Virus record (IMG/VR): IMGVR_UViG_3300031715_000001
Span: 1 to 64,000 of that record
Length of the DNA stretch: 64,000 nucleotides
Origin: a virus
Direction: 5' to 3' (one strand)
In this document: one piece after another, positions 34,592-43,148 of the stretch
Position numbering within the stretch: position 1 is the stretch's first letter
How the letters are laid out: each line of letters opens with the position of its first letter
Notes under the pieces: model-generated
The model's input: the letters and a program-made list of their open reading frames with translations, nothing else
Told to the model about the DNA's origin: nothing
The model's database searches: none
Made by a program: the position numbers and the translations under genes

Positions 34592-35016
34592 GCCGCACCT
34601 TCCTCTTCCCGCATATCTCTGTCAAGTTTCCGGATATCATCATCCGCGCAACGAGCCGCTGGGCGATCTGCGTAATAAGGGCATCGTTGGTGCAGGTGCA
34701 GGATCGCCGCCACGCGCTCGGTCAATGTGAGATGAACTTTTCTCACGTTGCGGACTTCCGATTCCTTCACGCCGTGGCTGATCGCGATCGCCTGTTCACC
34801 GAGACCCGCTTTCAGATCCGCGAGGATGCTGTGGCGCAGCGCCTCGCTTAGTAAAGCAGTTCTCTTGTTTTGAGCGATATAGGCGGAACGGCGTCGAGGT
34901 TTTCGCGGCGCTGTGTTATTCTGCTCCGCGTGATGGTTGGCTTTTTCGGAGGGCACTGTCACTTCCGGGGCGCTTTCTAAGGGCGCTCCGGATTGATCTT
35001 TGAAATTTGCGTTCAC
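34588..35016 (-). CDS. Hypothetical protein, HTH-like
   Basis: ILADLKAGLGEQAIAISHGVKESEVRNV. Confidence 0.55.
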   Translation of the reverse strand: MNANFKDQSGAPLESAPEVTVPSEKANHHAEQNNTAPRKPRRRSAYIAQNKRTALLSEALRHSILADLKAGLGEQAIAISHGVKESEVRNVRKVHLTLTERVAAILHLHQRCPYYADRPAARCADDDIRKLDRDMREEEGAA

Positions 35017-35249
35017 GCAGCCGTTCCTTGTTCCGCCCGTTCCTGCTCTAACAGGGCGAGCGCTTCAGCGAGAGCTGCGTCGAGAATCCGCCGGGCCCGC
35101 GCCGACGCGGAACCTCTGCGACCGCGCAAAACATCAGTGACGTACATCGCGTTTGCTTCGGCCTGGGCTGCAATCCTAACCATAGAACCGCGATGTCTTT
35201 GCAGTATTTTCCTCATCTCACTTCTCGTGAGAGATTGCCTTTCAGTCAT
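35013..35249 (-). CDS. Cro-like HTH regulator
   Basis: RIAAQAEANAMYVTDVLRGR; first gene of leftward operon. Confidence 0.6.
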   Translation of the reverse strand: MTERQSLTRSEMRKILQRHRGSMVRIAAQAEANAMYVTDVLRGRRGSASARARRILDAALAEALALLEQERAEQGTAA

Positions 35250-35286
35250 AACTTGATCTACGCTTATCTACGCCTAGACATGGAAC

Positions 35287-35329
35287 AGTATAAGAGATTC
35301 CCTGTTTCCCTTGCAATAGGGAAATAGGG
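35287..35329 (-). promoter_or_regulatory. Leftward promoter with operator over the -35
   Basis: TTGCAA-18bp-TATACT; inverted repeat ccctgtttccct-6-agggaaataggg. Confidence 0.65.
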
Positions 35330-35388
35330 TGAGTGGCTCAGTTTTTTGGTGTCTATCTCTTATGCGCATGATTTGAAAGGGAAGATAG

Positions 35389-35847
35389 GTGCCTAAAAAA
35401 TCCGCGCTCCCGCCTGGTATGGTGATGCTGAGTGCCGAGGTACCAGAGAGCCTGCGAAGGCGACTCAATGGAATTGCCGGCAATCAAGGTATCGCCGCCA
35501 AAGATATCGTCACCGAAGCGCTGGAGCAATGGCTGTCCCTGGGAGCGGAAAAAAATATTGACTCCTCTGTAACAAACGATCAGAATAAGTCGTTGATTAT
35601 TCCTCAGCAATTGTTCGGGGAATTAGCGCAACAATTAGCTAGTACTATTTCACGTTCGATTCGCGAAGTTATGCGTGAGGAGCTGAAGGCTTTTTCGACG
35701 GGACCGGGCTCGCATGAAAGTAGTAACACTGCCGCAAAAGCGCTTGCCTCAGCGGAAAAGGCTCGTATTGCAAGAGACTCTGCTCGGAATCTTGGAGTCC
35801 CAAAGTCTAGTAGACGAAGCAAAGGCTCAGGTCTTAAAAGAGCTTGA
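35389..35847 (+). CDS. Ribbon-helix-helix regulator, divergent (repressor candidate)
   Basis: LSAEVPESLRRRLNGIA..KDIVTEALEQWL. Confidence 0.65.
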   Translation: MPKKSALPPGMVMLSAEVPESLRRRLNGIAGNQGIAAKDIVTEALEQWLSLGAEKNIDSSVTNDQNKSLIIPQQLFGELAQQLASTISRSIREVMREELKAFSTGPGSHESSNTAAKALASAEKARIARDSARNLGVPKSSRRSKGSGLKRA

Positions 35848-36237
35848 GGCGGGCGCCGAGATCGAGCCTGGCTATCACCGCGCACGGATCAAGAAATCAA
35901 TAAAAGGCGGCAGGATAATTCGAACGCTACTTGTTCGATAATCCCGCACACTACCCCACGCATCCCGGTCCGCCGGCGCTCCCCGGAGGGCGAACGGCCC
36001 AGAGTCAACAGCCTACGTTCCGTAGTTGAGAAGAGCCTCGATTCCAAAAAACACCAGGACTCCAGTACTTCCGGTAACTTCAGTAACTCTAGTACCCCAA
36101 TATGGGCGACTCCAGTTCGGACTTCGAAGTTCCAGTAAGGTATTACTTCTCTCTTACTGAAAAATAAAAGCTAGCTAGCTAAGCTGAGCCTCAAAGTTCT
36201 CATGAGAAAAGAAAGGCAACGCAACGCAAGATCAGCT

Positions 36238-36270
36238 CGTCCGCACCCTCCTGTCAACGGGTGCGAGCAC
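36238..36270 (+). repeat. Family A hairpin
   Basis: cgtccgcaccctcctgtcaacgggtgcgagca. Confidence 0.8.
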
Positions 36271-36332
36271 TCATGTCGGGGGGCCCGTGCAGTCCGGTCA
36301 TGTGCACGCAGATCCGGGTTTTCGGGCGCGAG

Positions 36333-36369
36333 TCCCCAACGTGCCGCAACTCCAGGGCGGCACGAGACG
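36333..36369 (-). repeat. Family A element, short tail
   Basis: rc cgtctcgtgccgccctggagttgcggcacgttgggga. Confidence 0.9.
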
Positions 36370-36428
36370 ATGGAAATCCCAAATAAACTTGCTTGCAATC
36401 GGAAATTAACAGGGGTAAAATTTATTCC

Positions 36429-36779
36429 ATGCCACGAAGACCAGCCGCCTCCGCTCAACAGCCCCAGAATAATAACCTGACCACGCCAGCGAAACGCCGC
36501 GGTCGACAGCCTGGTTGGAGAAAGAACGCAGCCGGAACGACGCTCCACACTCACTCTGGCGAGGCTACCATCGAGGAATTATTGGAACAGATCTTCCCGG
36601 CCACATTGCTGGGGATGATCACTACGCACATGGCGGACTTGATAAACCGTGGCAAACTGAACGGGTCCAAACTTGCCGATCTCGTGGCGCAGCACAAGGC
36701 GAGCGTGGAGAGCTATTTTGGGACCGTCGAACACATGGCCAAGAACGTCAAAGCCAAGGCCATGAGCGCTGCAGCCTAA
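36429..36779 (+). CDS. Hypothetical protein with AT-hook-like motif
   Basis: KRRGRQPG. Confidence 0.5.
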   Translation: MPRRPAASAQQPQNNNLTTPAKRRGRQPGWRKNAAGTTLHTHSGEATIEELLEQIFPATLLGMITTHMADLINRGKLNGSKLADLVAQHKASVESYFGTVEHMAKNVKAKAMSAAA

Positions 36780-36781
36780 GG

Positions 36782-37150
36782 TCAGGCAAGCTTCCGGTAC
36801 GTGATGGTCACGTACACGGGGACATCAGGCGGAACTTCCTGACCGGCCAACAGGTAGCGTTTCGCTTTCTGGATATCGAGTCCGTATTCAACATCCAGTA
36901 CTTCAAAACCCTGCAACCCGAATGCGTTCGCTTTCTTGGCGATCTCTCGAAACACCGTTGGAAGATTAACGATGCCGGCGGGTACGCGAACCCGCTCCTG
37001 GAATACGCCTATCCGCTCCTCGGTGTGCCAGCGATGACAATTTCCGCAGAAGAGTTGCTCGACGTCGTTCGAATTATGCGAAGTCAGTCCGCAGCGCAGG
37101 CATTTGATAGCCGATCGGCCGTCACTGGTTATTAGTTCGTAGGTCATCAT
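36782..37150 (-). CDS. Small Zn-finger protein
   Basis: IKCLRCGLTSHNSNDV..FCGNCHRWH. Confidence 0.65.
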   Translation of the reverse strand: MMTYELITSDGRSAIKCLRCGLTSHNSNDVEQLFCGNCHRWHTEERIGVFQERVRVPAGIVNLPTVFREIAKKANAFGLQGFEVLDVEYGLDIQKAKRYLLAGQEVPPDVPVYVTITYRKLA

Positions 37151-37170
37151 CGACTATTCAGAGCTTTCTT

Positions 37171-37208
37171 CCGTCTCGTGCTGAACTGAGGTTTCAGCAC
37201 GTTGGGGA
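37171..37208 (+). repeat. Family A element, short tail
   Basis: ccgtctcgtgctgaactgaggtttcagcacgttgggga. Confidence 0.85.
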
Positions 37209-37520
37209 CTCGTTCTTTTGAACGCCCGAGCGGAAATGGGCGATCTTCTCGAAACAGTATTGATGGAATTGGGCCTGCTCCATCGCTTTTCCTTCACCCC
37301 GAAATAAGATCATCGGTATGCGATCCCGGCATAGATCGCAATCATCACAGTATTCCGAATGTTCGTCCCATCTCGGGTCATCTTCTGCGACACCAATGGG
37401 AAGGTCACAGAAGGCGCAGCGGCACTCCGGATCGGTGCAGCCGGCATTCCCGCAGGAGCCTCGCTTCGACCAGCGTATAGCCGCGATGTAGGCGGGATGA
37501 ATCGTGAAACCTGCGATCAT
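37194..37520 (-). CDS. Cys-rich hypothetical protein
   Basis: Multiple CxxC; start MIAGF overlaps upstream stop. Confidence 0.55.
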   Translation of the reverse strand: MIAGFTIHPAYIAAIRWSKRGSCGNAGCTDPECRCAFCDLPIGVAEDDPRWDEHSEYCDDCDLCRDRIPMILFRGEGKAMEQAQFHQYCFEKIAHFRSGVQKNESPTC

Positions 37521-37813
37521 CGGAGTACCGGGCGTCGCTTTGGTAGCCGGCGGATTTCTTCCTGCAAACGCGAGATCTCCGTCCACAGGGCCTCATTGCG
37601 CTTGAGCATCTCGATACCATATTCGGGGATAACGAAGAGCTCGTCGGTCAGCAGATTTGTGAGCAACAGACTTCCACAAAGTCCGCAAATGTAGGGCGCG
37701 AATTGGGGCACCGTGTTCGGTACTTTCCCCCAGGGCACCGCTGCCAGAGCATCGGGTTCGCCGTCACATTTGGGGCACGGATACATATAAACGAAGGGGC
37801 GGCCTAAACTCAC
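37517..37813 (-). CDS. Small Zn-ribbon protein
   Basis: CPKC..ICGLCG. Confidence 0.55.
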   Translation of the reverse strand: MSLGRPFVYMYPCPKCDGEPDALAAVPWGKVPNTVPQFAPYICGLCGSLLLTNLLTDELFVIPEYGIEMLKRNEALWTEISRLQEEIRRLPKRRPVLR

Positions 37814-38061
37814 AGTAGTTCAACTTCGATCGTATCTCCCGGCGCTGTAGTCATGACCAGAGTTAATTCATCTACCCGGTCAATAACCGCCGCAATCTTC
37901 TGCTTGGCCCGCTCATCGCCTCGCCCAAAGAAATCGCTCATGATACCGAGAATGTCCTGCTTGGCGATATGGGGAACAGTGACGCGGAGACGTAGTTTCT
38001 TGTTCTGACCTGGCGCGTTCAGTATCCACGCGAAGGCAATCAACGCCAAACGTCGGGTCAT
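37810..38061 (-). CDS. Hypothetical protein
   Basis: MTRRLALIAF leader; RBS supplied by family A GGGGAGAGG tail. Confidence 0.5.
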   Translation of the reverse strand: MTRRLALIAFAWILNAPGQNKKLRLRVTVPHIAKQDILGIMSDFFGRGDERAKQKIAAVIDRVDELTLVMTTAPGDTIEVELL

Positions 38062-38070
38062 AGCATCCTC

Positions 38071-38106
38071 TCCCCCAGCGCGGCGACTCCAGGGCCGCGC
38101 GAAACG
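38071..38106 (-). repeat. Family A element, short tail
   Basis: rc cgtttcgcgcggccctggagtcgccgcgctggggga. Confidence 0.85.
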
Positions 38107-38112
38107 TTCAAT

Positions 38113-38508
38113 TCATTTCCTTCTGACCGTAACCAGACAATTCATTCGACTCAGATCATGTCCCGGATACTGGTTTAATTCGCCGGCGAGTTCGTTATAG
38201 TCAGAGCAAAGACTTCGCCATTCCCGCATGGCTCTTACTGCTGTGGCATTGGATCGTTGGGTATTTGAATTCGCTTCATCGACCAGTTTACGGAAGGATC
38301 CGACAGTTGCTTCGTTGCGGGCCATTACTTCGTCAACCTGCTTGTTGAGCCCGTCGAACTTCCCGTTCAGCTCCTTGAATAGCCTGCCGTATTCAACGAC
38401 CTCGTGCGTGAGCGGCCGCACTTCAATCCAGTTGCAGAGGTTCCAGCCCATGAATAGCCAGGCTATGGAGCTTGTGAAATATCGGAAGAGACCAAACCGG
38501 GAACTCAC
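38113..38508 (-). CDS. Membrane-anchored coiled-coil protein
   Basis: N-terminal TM then heptads. Confidence 0.5.
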   Translation of the reverse strand: MSSRFGLFRYFTSSIAWLFMGWNLCNWIEVRPLTHEVVEYGRLFKELNGKFDGLNKQVDEVMARNEATVGSFRKLVDEANSNTQRSNATAVRAMREWRSLCSDYNELAGELNQYPGHDLSRMNCLVTVRRK

Positions 38509-38960
38509 GAGGCCTGTCGCTCCGCCTCCCTTGTCGAACTCTCCATGGATTTCCTTCGGCGCGCCGATTCAATGTAACATTCCCGGAAGAACACCAAGGT
38601 TCGGCTGGCCGCTTGCCTAATACCAATTGCCAGTGGTCCCACGATGTACTCCTCCGATCCCAGTTGGGCGACGTACTTCCCGTTCCGAATGGATAACTGA
38701 GGCTTCTCGGTCAGCCGCGCGATCACGGCGTTCAGATCGATTCCATAGTGAGCCTCGAATTTACGCCGGCCTTTGTCCAAAGCGAATTTGTCGATTCTGT
38801 GATGCAGATGGCATAGCGGAACAACTTGAGTGTCTGACGCCTTCTGGGACGTTCCGTGTGGCCCTACATGACAAGGGTCAACCCATCGTTGGCAACCGTG
38901 TACAAGGCACGGTAATGATTTTATGAACGCGAGATGAGACTTGTTACGTGATGGCTTCAT
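38505..38960 (-). CDS. DUF968/HNH-like nuclease
   Basis: HLAFIKSLPCLV..DPCHV..KASD..VPLC..HH. Confidence 0.75.
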   Translation of the reverse strand: MKPSRNKSHLAFIKSLPCLVHGCQRWVDPCHVGPHGTSQKASDTQVVPLCHLHHRIDKFALDKGRRKFEAHYGIDLNAVIARLTEKPQLSIRNGKYVAQLGSEEYIVGPLAIGIRQAASRTLVFFRECYIESARRRKSMESSTREAERQAS

Positions 38961-38981
38961 TTACTGTTTCGATTCTTTTTA

Positions 38982-39033
38982 CCAAGGAGTCCCTCAGACA
39001 AACTGTCACGTCCCTGAAGCTGGCTCAGAGCTA
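38982..39033 (+). repeat. Family E element
   Basis: ccaaggagtccctcagacaa..ccctgaagctggctcagagcta. Confidence 0.88.
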
Positions 39034-39293
39034 TCAGGCGAGTTGCTTACAACCGGGCTCGATTCGGGATCTTCGTGGCCTGGACACCCGGTTTCATAGC
39101 TGAAGCCCTCGCATTGCCCGTAGGGCAGAACTTTCCTGCCTAACACGAGCTGATCCAGGAGCATGTCCTTGGCTTCGTCTGCGGTCAGTTTCCGTCCGTC
39201 GTCATCACGGAACATTCCATCGAACTCGCCAGAGAGCATGTGGCTCTTTAGAAACCCCCGGATATCAAGGCATATGTGTACGGTTTTGGTCAT
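39006..39293 (-). CDS. Hypothetical phage protein; C-terminus from family E
   Basis: HICLDIRG..G.KVLP..CEGFSY..GCPGH. Confidence 0.65.
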   Translation of the reverse strand: MTKTVHICLDIRGFLKSHMLSGEFDGMFRDDDGRKLTADEAKDMLLDQLVLGRKVLPYGQCEGFSYETGCPGHEDPESSPVVSNSPDSSEPASGT

Positions 39294-39296
39294 CGT

Positions 39297-39518
39297 TTAT
39301 TGCTCTAAGTCCCGTATTGGTTCGTCGTACTCGAAAACACCACGCACTTCGCAATCGGCGATCCGATCAAAGCCAGAATCGTCCACTGATTCCGGTGGAA
39401 GAAAGATATCGACCTCAACCCGCAAGTTTTCGGCAATCTCGCGGGCCTCGTCAGCCGTGTTCGCCTCGACCAGGATGGAACTTGTGCCACTGATATTAAG
39501 TTCAACTTCCCATTTCAT
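39297..39518 (-). CDS. Acidic hypothetical protein
   Basis: VEANTADEAREIA. Confidence 0.6.
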   Translation of the reverse strand: MKWEVELNISGTSSILVEANTADEAREIAENLRVEVDIFLPPESVDDSGFDRIADCEVRGVFEYDEPIRDLEQ

Positions 39519-39733
39519 TAGACCGGTCCTCCGGGATCAATCTCGGGCTCAAGACTTCGCTCGTATACCGGGACCAGGCGTGGCTTCGGGCTTGGATCGT
39601 CGTCCCATTTCACAAGCCAATCCCCCCGATACTTCGAGGGCGCGACGATGGTGCCGATGCGCTCTCTAACGATGGCTATGCCGGAGAACTTCTGCCGCAC
39701 CCGATCTCCTTGGGCGAATCGTTTCTCGCTCAT
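39518..39733 (-). CDS. Small SH3-like hypothetical protein
   Basis: FAQGDRV..GTIV..LVKWD. Confidence 0.55.
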   Translation of the reverse strand: MSEKRFAQGDRVRQKFSGIAIVRERIGTIVAPSKYRGDWLVKWDDDPSPKPRLVPVYERSLEPEIDPGGPV

Positions 39734-39796
39734 AAACGGATCGTCCGGTCATCGGCAGCCTCTTCACCGCGCCGTATGCCAGATCGGCGCGAGGCG
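39734..39796 (-). repeat. Family A element, long tail
   Basis: rc cgcctcgcgccgatctggcatacggcgcggtgaaga..ccgttt. Confidence 0.85.
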
Positions 39797-39809
39797 AAAG
39801 AGTGCTTCA

Positions 39810-40037
39810 TCATGATGTCACCGGCACACATGCCTCCAGCGCAACGCAGCCAGACTCGCCTTCGAGCCACACCACCGCCGTATGGCCAGAGAGCACAGAG
39901 GCTTCACTGCGCGTCTTCCGTAATCGGAACTCAGGGGCTCAAATCACTGGATGATATTCGACCATCGTTCCTACCGGATATTTCAAATTCCAGTTCTCGA
40001 CCTCGAGAATGAGCGTCTTCAGAGTGGGCTGTTTCAT
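39810..40037 (-). pseudogene. Small phage gene with one in-frame TGA (39939-39941)
   Basis: ..WNLKYPVGTMVEYHPVI*APEFRLRKTRSEASVLSGHTAVVWLEGESGCVAL. Confidence 0.6.
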
Positions 40038-40615
40038 AACTTCGCCTCGAGGGTGGCTTTGGCGGCGAGGCAGATGGCGAGCGGGGCGGTGGCTGCGAAC
40101 GCTTGATAGTGAGGCTCGTCGTCGTCAGTCTTTGAGAAACAAGTGTGCCAATCGTCAGTCCAGTGAGCAGCGGGCCGCTCGGTTGTAGAGGCTGCATTCA
40201 CGGTGGCATGCCAGCCCAGTTCCCTCATCCGCTCCACCACGCTCCAGGCATCAGAGATTCCAGTTGAAAATCCGGGACATAAACGGGAATTGCCTTTCTC
40301 GTCGCGCCAATGGGAATTTAGCGCAACCCACCCACCGAGCATCATCGTCCCGCGAGGCACGAACCGCCAGCCAAGGCAATGCTCAGCAATCCAGACATCC
40401 AATTCTTCGCCCGGAGCGCCGCCATCGACCGAAGACGGGTGCCCCAACTTATCCGCAGGATCGGCCAGGGGAATCCAGGAACGGTCTACTTGTGAGCGGA
40501 CAAGATCGGGCTCTGAGGATGCCCCTACCCGAGGCCGGGCATCCTTGGATGCTAGTGGTCGGGACAAAGCCGAATCTTTCCCGGCCGACGTCGTCATATC
40601 ATCTTCATGTTTCAT
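40034..40615 (-). CDS. Phage ABA-sandwich (BC1872-like) protein with B+C element in N-terminus
   Basis: ELDVWIAEHCLGW..FSTGISDAWSVVERM..TAPLAICLAA. Confidence 0.75.
   Translation of the reverse strand: MKHEDDMTTSAGKDSALSRPLASKDARPRVGASSEPDLVRSQVDRSWIPLADPADKLGHPSSVDGGAPGEELDVWIAEHCLGWRFVPRGTMMLGGWVALNSHWRDEKGNSRLCPGFSTGISDAWSVVERMRELGWHATVNAASTTERPAAHWTDDWHTCFSKTDDDEPHYQAFAATAPLAICLAAKATLEAKL
40421..40562 (-). repeat. B+C element without a recognisable A stem
   Basis: 40443-40537 is the exact reverse complement of 3602-3696 (95 bp). Confidence 0.92.
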
Positions 40616-41772
40616 GGCACGATACCTCGCATCAGTTGATCAAGCGTTTGATGCTCCCAAAGCGGGATTTCTGATGTCACGCCATAGGCATGTACCTTCT
40701 CGTGGCTCCATCCGAGCCCGGAAATGAGCGCGTTACGAGCGGCGTTAACGTCCCGCTCGTGGTGAGCACCACAGGCCCCGCAGTACCATTCCCTTACCTT
40801 GAGTCCTGCTAAGCCTATTGGACCAGTTAAGGCCCCACAGGTAGAACAGGTCCTCGTGGAATTCCGATTCTCGGGGAAGATCAGTTCCGTACCGCCGATA
40901 AGGCTCTTGTACGAAAGCATGATCCTCAACCCGCCGTGGCCACTATCGCCAACGGATTTTCCAAAACGCTTCGCTATCGCCCGATGATTATCCTTGAGAA
41001 AACAGATCGTCTTGTTCTCCGCTACTAACCGGCGCGACAGCTTGTGGTTCCGATCCCTGCGGCGATTCTTGGCCCGCTCCTGTAAACGATTGGCTAGATG
41101 CCTATTCCAGCCGCGTTGGGCTTGTCCAAATCGCTTCTCGATCTTTCTGAATTCCCGCGGGTGCGATAGCTTTTCGCCGGTACTCAGCGTGACCAGATCT
41201 TTGAAGCCGGGATCAATACCGACGCTAGCTTCGGCGATCCGCCCGATAGCTTTTGGCTGAGCATCGATAAACAGACACAGATACCAGCCGGAAGCGCGTT
41301 TGACAATCCGCCCGCACTTGATTCTGCCCTCAGGAATCCATTGCTTGTGAAAGCCCACCCGTCCAATTCCCTGAATTCCGATCTTGCCGTCCTTGGGACG
41401 CCTCATCGGATCGGGGAACGGAATGGAGTTGAGCGGACGGCGCATTCCTTTAAGTCTCGGCTTGCGCGCCAACCCCTTGAAACAGCGCTGCCACGACATG
41501 TGAACGGTCGAGAGCACCCCCTGTATCGTGTGGCTGGGAATGCCCAAACGCTCACAGTGCCCTGCCAATAGATTGTGGAAGTCTCGCGCCGAAAAGTAAA
41601 TCTTATCTCGCGCGTTTAGCTCGATCTTCCGTAATCCGAAGTTCCAGACCGATCCAAGTATAGGAAGCCAGGAAGACAGAAGCTTCTCCTGTCGCCGATT
41701 CAGCCTGAGCTTGAGTTGATATTGAATCACTGTACTGACGATCATGCTAACATAGCGCGGGCAAGTACGCAA
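40612..41772 (-). CDS. tnpB: TnpB-like protein with atypical RuvC-II (start probably ~41745)
   Basis: VGIDPG, CSTC..CGAC, HERDVNAA; ICFLKDN in place of the EDL motif. Confidence 0.88.
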   Translation of the reverse strand: MRTCPRYVSMIVSTVIQYQLKLRLNRRQEKLLSSWLPILGSVWNFGLRKIELNARDKIYFSARDFHNLLAGHCERLGIPSHTIQGVLSTVHMSWQRCFKGLARKPRLKGMRRPLNSIPFPDPMRRPKDGKIGIQGIGRVGFHKQWIPEGRIKCGRIVKRASGWYLCLFIDAQPKAIGRIAEASVGIDPGFKDLVTLSTGEKLSHPREFRKIEKRFGQAQRGWNRHLANRLQERAKNRRRDRNHKLSRRLVAENKTICFLKDNHRAIAKRFGKSVGDSGHGGLRIMLSYKSLIGGTELIFPENRNSTRTCSTCGALTGPIGLAGLKVREWYCGACGAHHERDVNAARNALISGLGWSHEKVHAYGVTSEIPLWEHQTLDQLMRGIVP

Positions 41773-41820
41773 GAGAAAAAGACACTCCGCGCCCGAGATT
41801 AATACTGGTGGAACTCCCCA

Positions 41821-41849
41821 TTGACTATGGGTAGTTAGGCGGGTAAGCT
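41821..41849 (+). promoter_or_regulatory. Sigma70 promoter of plus-strand moron operon
   Basis: TTGACT-17bp-TAAGCT, then GGAGG RBS. Confidence 0.6.
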
Positions 41850-41863
41850 AGCAGGGGAGGGGA

Positions 41864-42100
41864 ATGAAGAAGATACGGAAGAATCCGGCGGCTGTTGCGT
41901 TAGGTAAACTCGGTGCGAAAAAGGGTGGGGAAGCTCGCGCTCGAAGCTTAACCGAACAGGAGCGGCGCGAGATTGGGAAGGCGGGCGGAAAAGCGCGGGC
42001 TAAGAAGATGACCAAGCGGCAGCGCTCGGACAGCGCCCGGAAGGCGGCGGCGGCGCGGTGGGGAAAAAAAGGCCTGAATGGGAAAAGCAGTAAAGGCTAA
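41864..42100 (+). CDS. Basic KGG-repeat small protein
   Basis: KNPAAVALGKLGAKKGGEARA..ARKAAAARW. Confidence 0.75.
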   Translation: MKKIRKNPAAVALGKLGAKKGGEARARSLTEQERREIGKAGGKARAKKMTKRQRSDSARKAAAARWGKKGLNGKSSKG

Positions 42101-42356
42101 AACACGCGATTCGATCGAAGACCGGATGCTAAAAGCTGTGGCGAAGTATCTGGAGACAAAGGATTGGCACGTTGCGGTTGTCAGCGCCGCCCGGATTCAA
42201 GGGCCGGTGAGCGCTGGGCTTAACTACGAATTCGTGCTGCGGTTCAGCGGCAAAAAGAAAGAGCCGACGGCTGAATCCGCCCTGAAGCAAGTCGAGCAAG
42301 TCGGCGAATCCATCCACGCCATAAAGAGTGCTGCGCGCAAGCACGGATTCCTGTGA
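42078..42356 (+). CDS. Hypothetical protein
   Basis: Overlaps preceding ORF. Confidence 0.5.
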   Translation: MGKAVKAKTRDSIEDRMLKAVAKYLETKDWHVAVVSAARIQGPVSAGLNYEFVLRFSGKKKEPTAESALKQVEQVGESIHAIKSAARKHGFL

Positions 42357-42413
42357 CGCGTATAAAACGGAACGCCGAGGTATCGGACAATCTTCACCGC
42401 GGCATATTACAGA

Positions 42414-43148
42414 TTGCCGCGAGACGGAGGACAAGAAAAAGTGACTGGCAAAAGCTTAGTGTTTTTGTGCTGTGCGATCGCGCACACACAACCACTCGTC
42501 AACTCTCTCGTAGTCCGATCGGTAACGGTGACACCCACCGAAATCAGCGCGGACCTACTCAACACATCCGGCCTAAGCATCACCGCTGGATCGATCCAGC
42601 TCACCACCACCACCGAAACGCAACAGCCCACGGTACAGAAGCTTTCGTTTGAATTGATCTGGAGCACCAATCTGGACGACTTGCGGGCGCCCTACGCAGC
42701 CAAATACCCGGCGAGTATGCAATTTGGCCCTATCCTTCCCAATGCGGTTTATCACTGGCGGCATCCCAACACCAACCCGCCCGCGAAAACCGCCGACGTA
42801 AAAGTGACCGCGGTGATCTTTTTGGGCGGCAAGGAAGAGGGCGATCCGCTGCGTACCATCCCGCTATTCGTGGCGCGCGCGCAGATGACCGGCGAATTAA
42901 CTTATTGGGCCAAGGCCATCGATTCCGTCCACACGCTGGCCCAGCTCGAAACCTTGCTCAGCCATCCGCGAACGCCGGCCGACGCGACTACGGCGGCCGT
43001 GATTCTTAGTACGCTGCGCAGCGTGCCCGCATCCGTGAGCGCTGGGGTGATGACCGAAGGAGCGGGTTTGAACTACGTCCAGGTATATCTAAAGCGAATG
43101 CTGTCCACGTTGGAAGTCGAATCGGTCCGCAAAGGAGGCCAGCAATGA
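42414..43148 (+). CDS. Exported protein of unknown function (start probably GTG ~42441)
   Basis: KSLVFLCCAIAHTQ leader. Confidence 0.55.
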   Translation: MPRDGGQEKVTGKSLVFLCCAIAHTQPLVNSLVVRSVTVTPTEISADLLNTSGLSITAGSIQLTTTTETQQPTVQKLSFELIWSTNLDDLRAPYAAKYPASMQFGPILPNAVYHWRHPNTNPPAKTADVKVTAVIFLGGKEEGDPLRTIPLFVARAQMTGELTYWAKAIDSVHTLAQLETLLSHPRTPADATTAAVILSTLRSVPASVSAGVMTEGAGLNYVQVYLKRMLSTLEVESVRKGGQQ

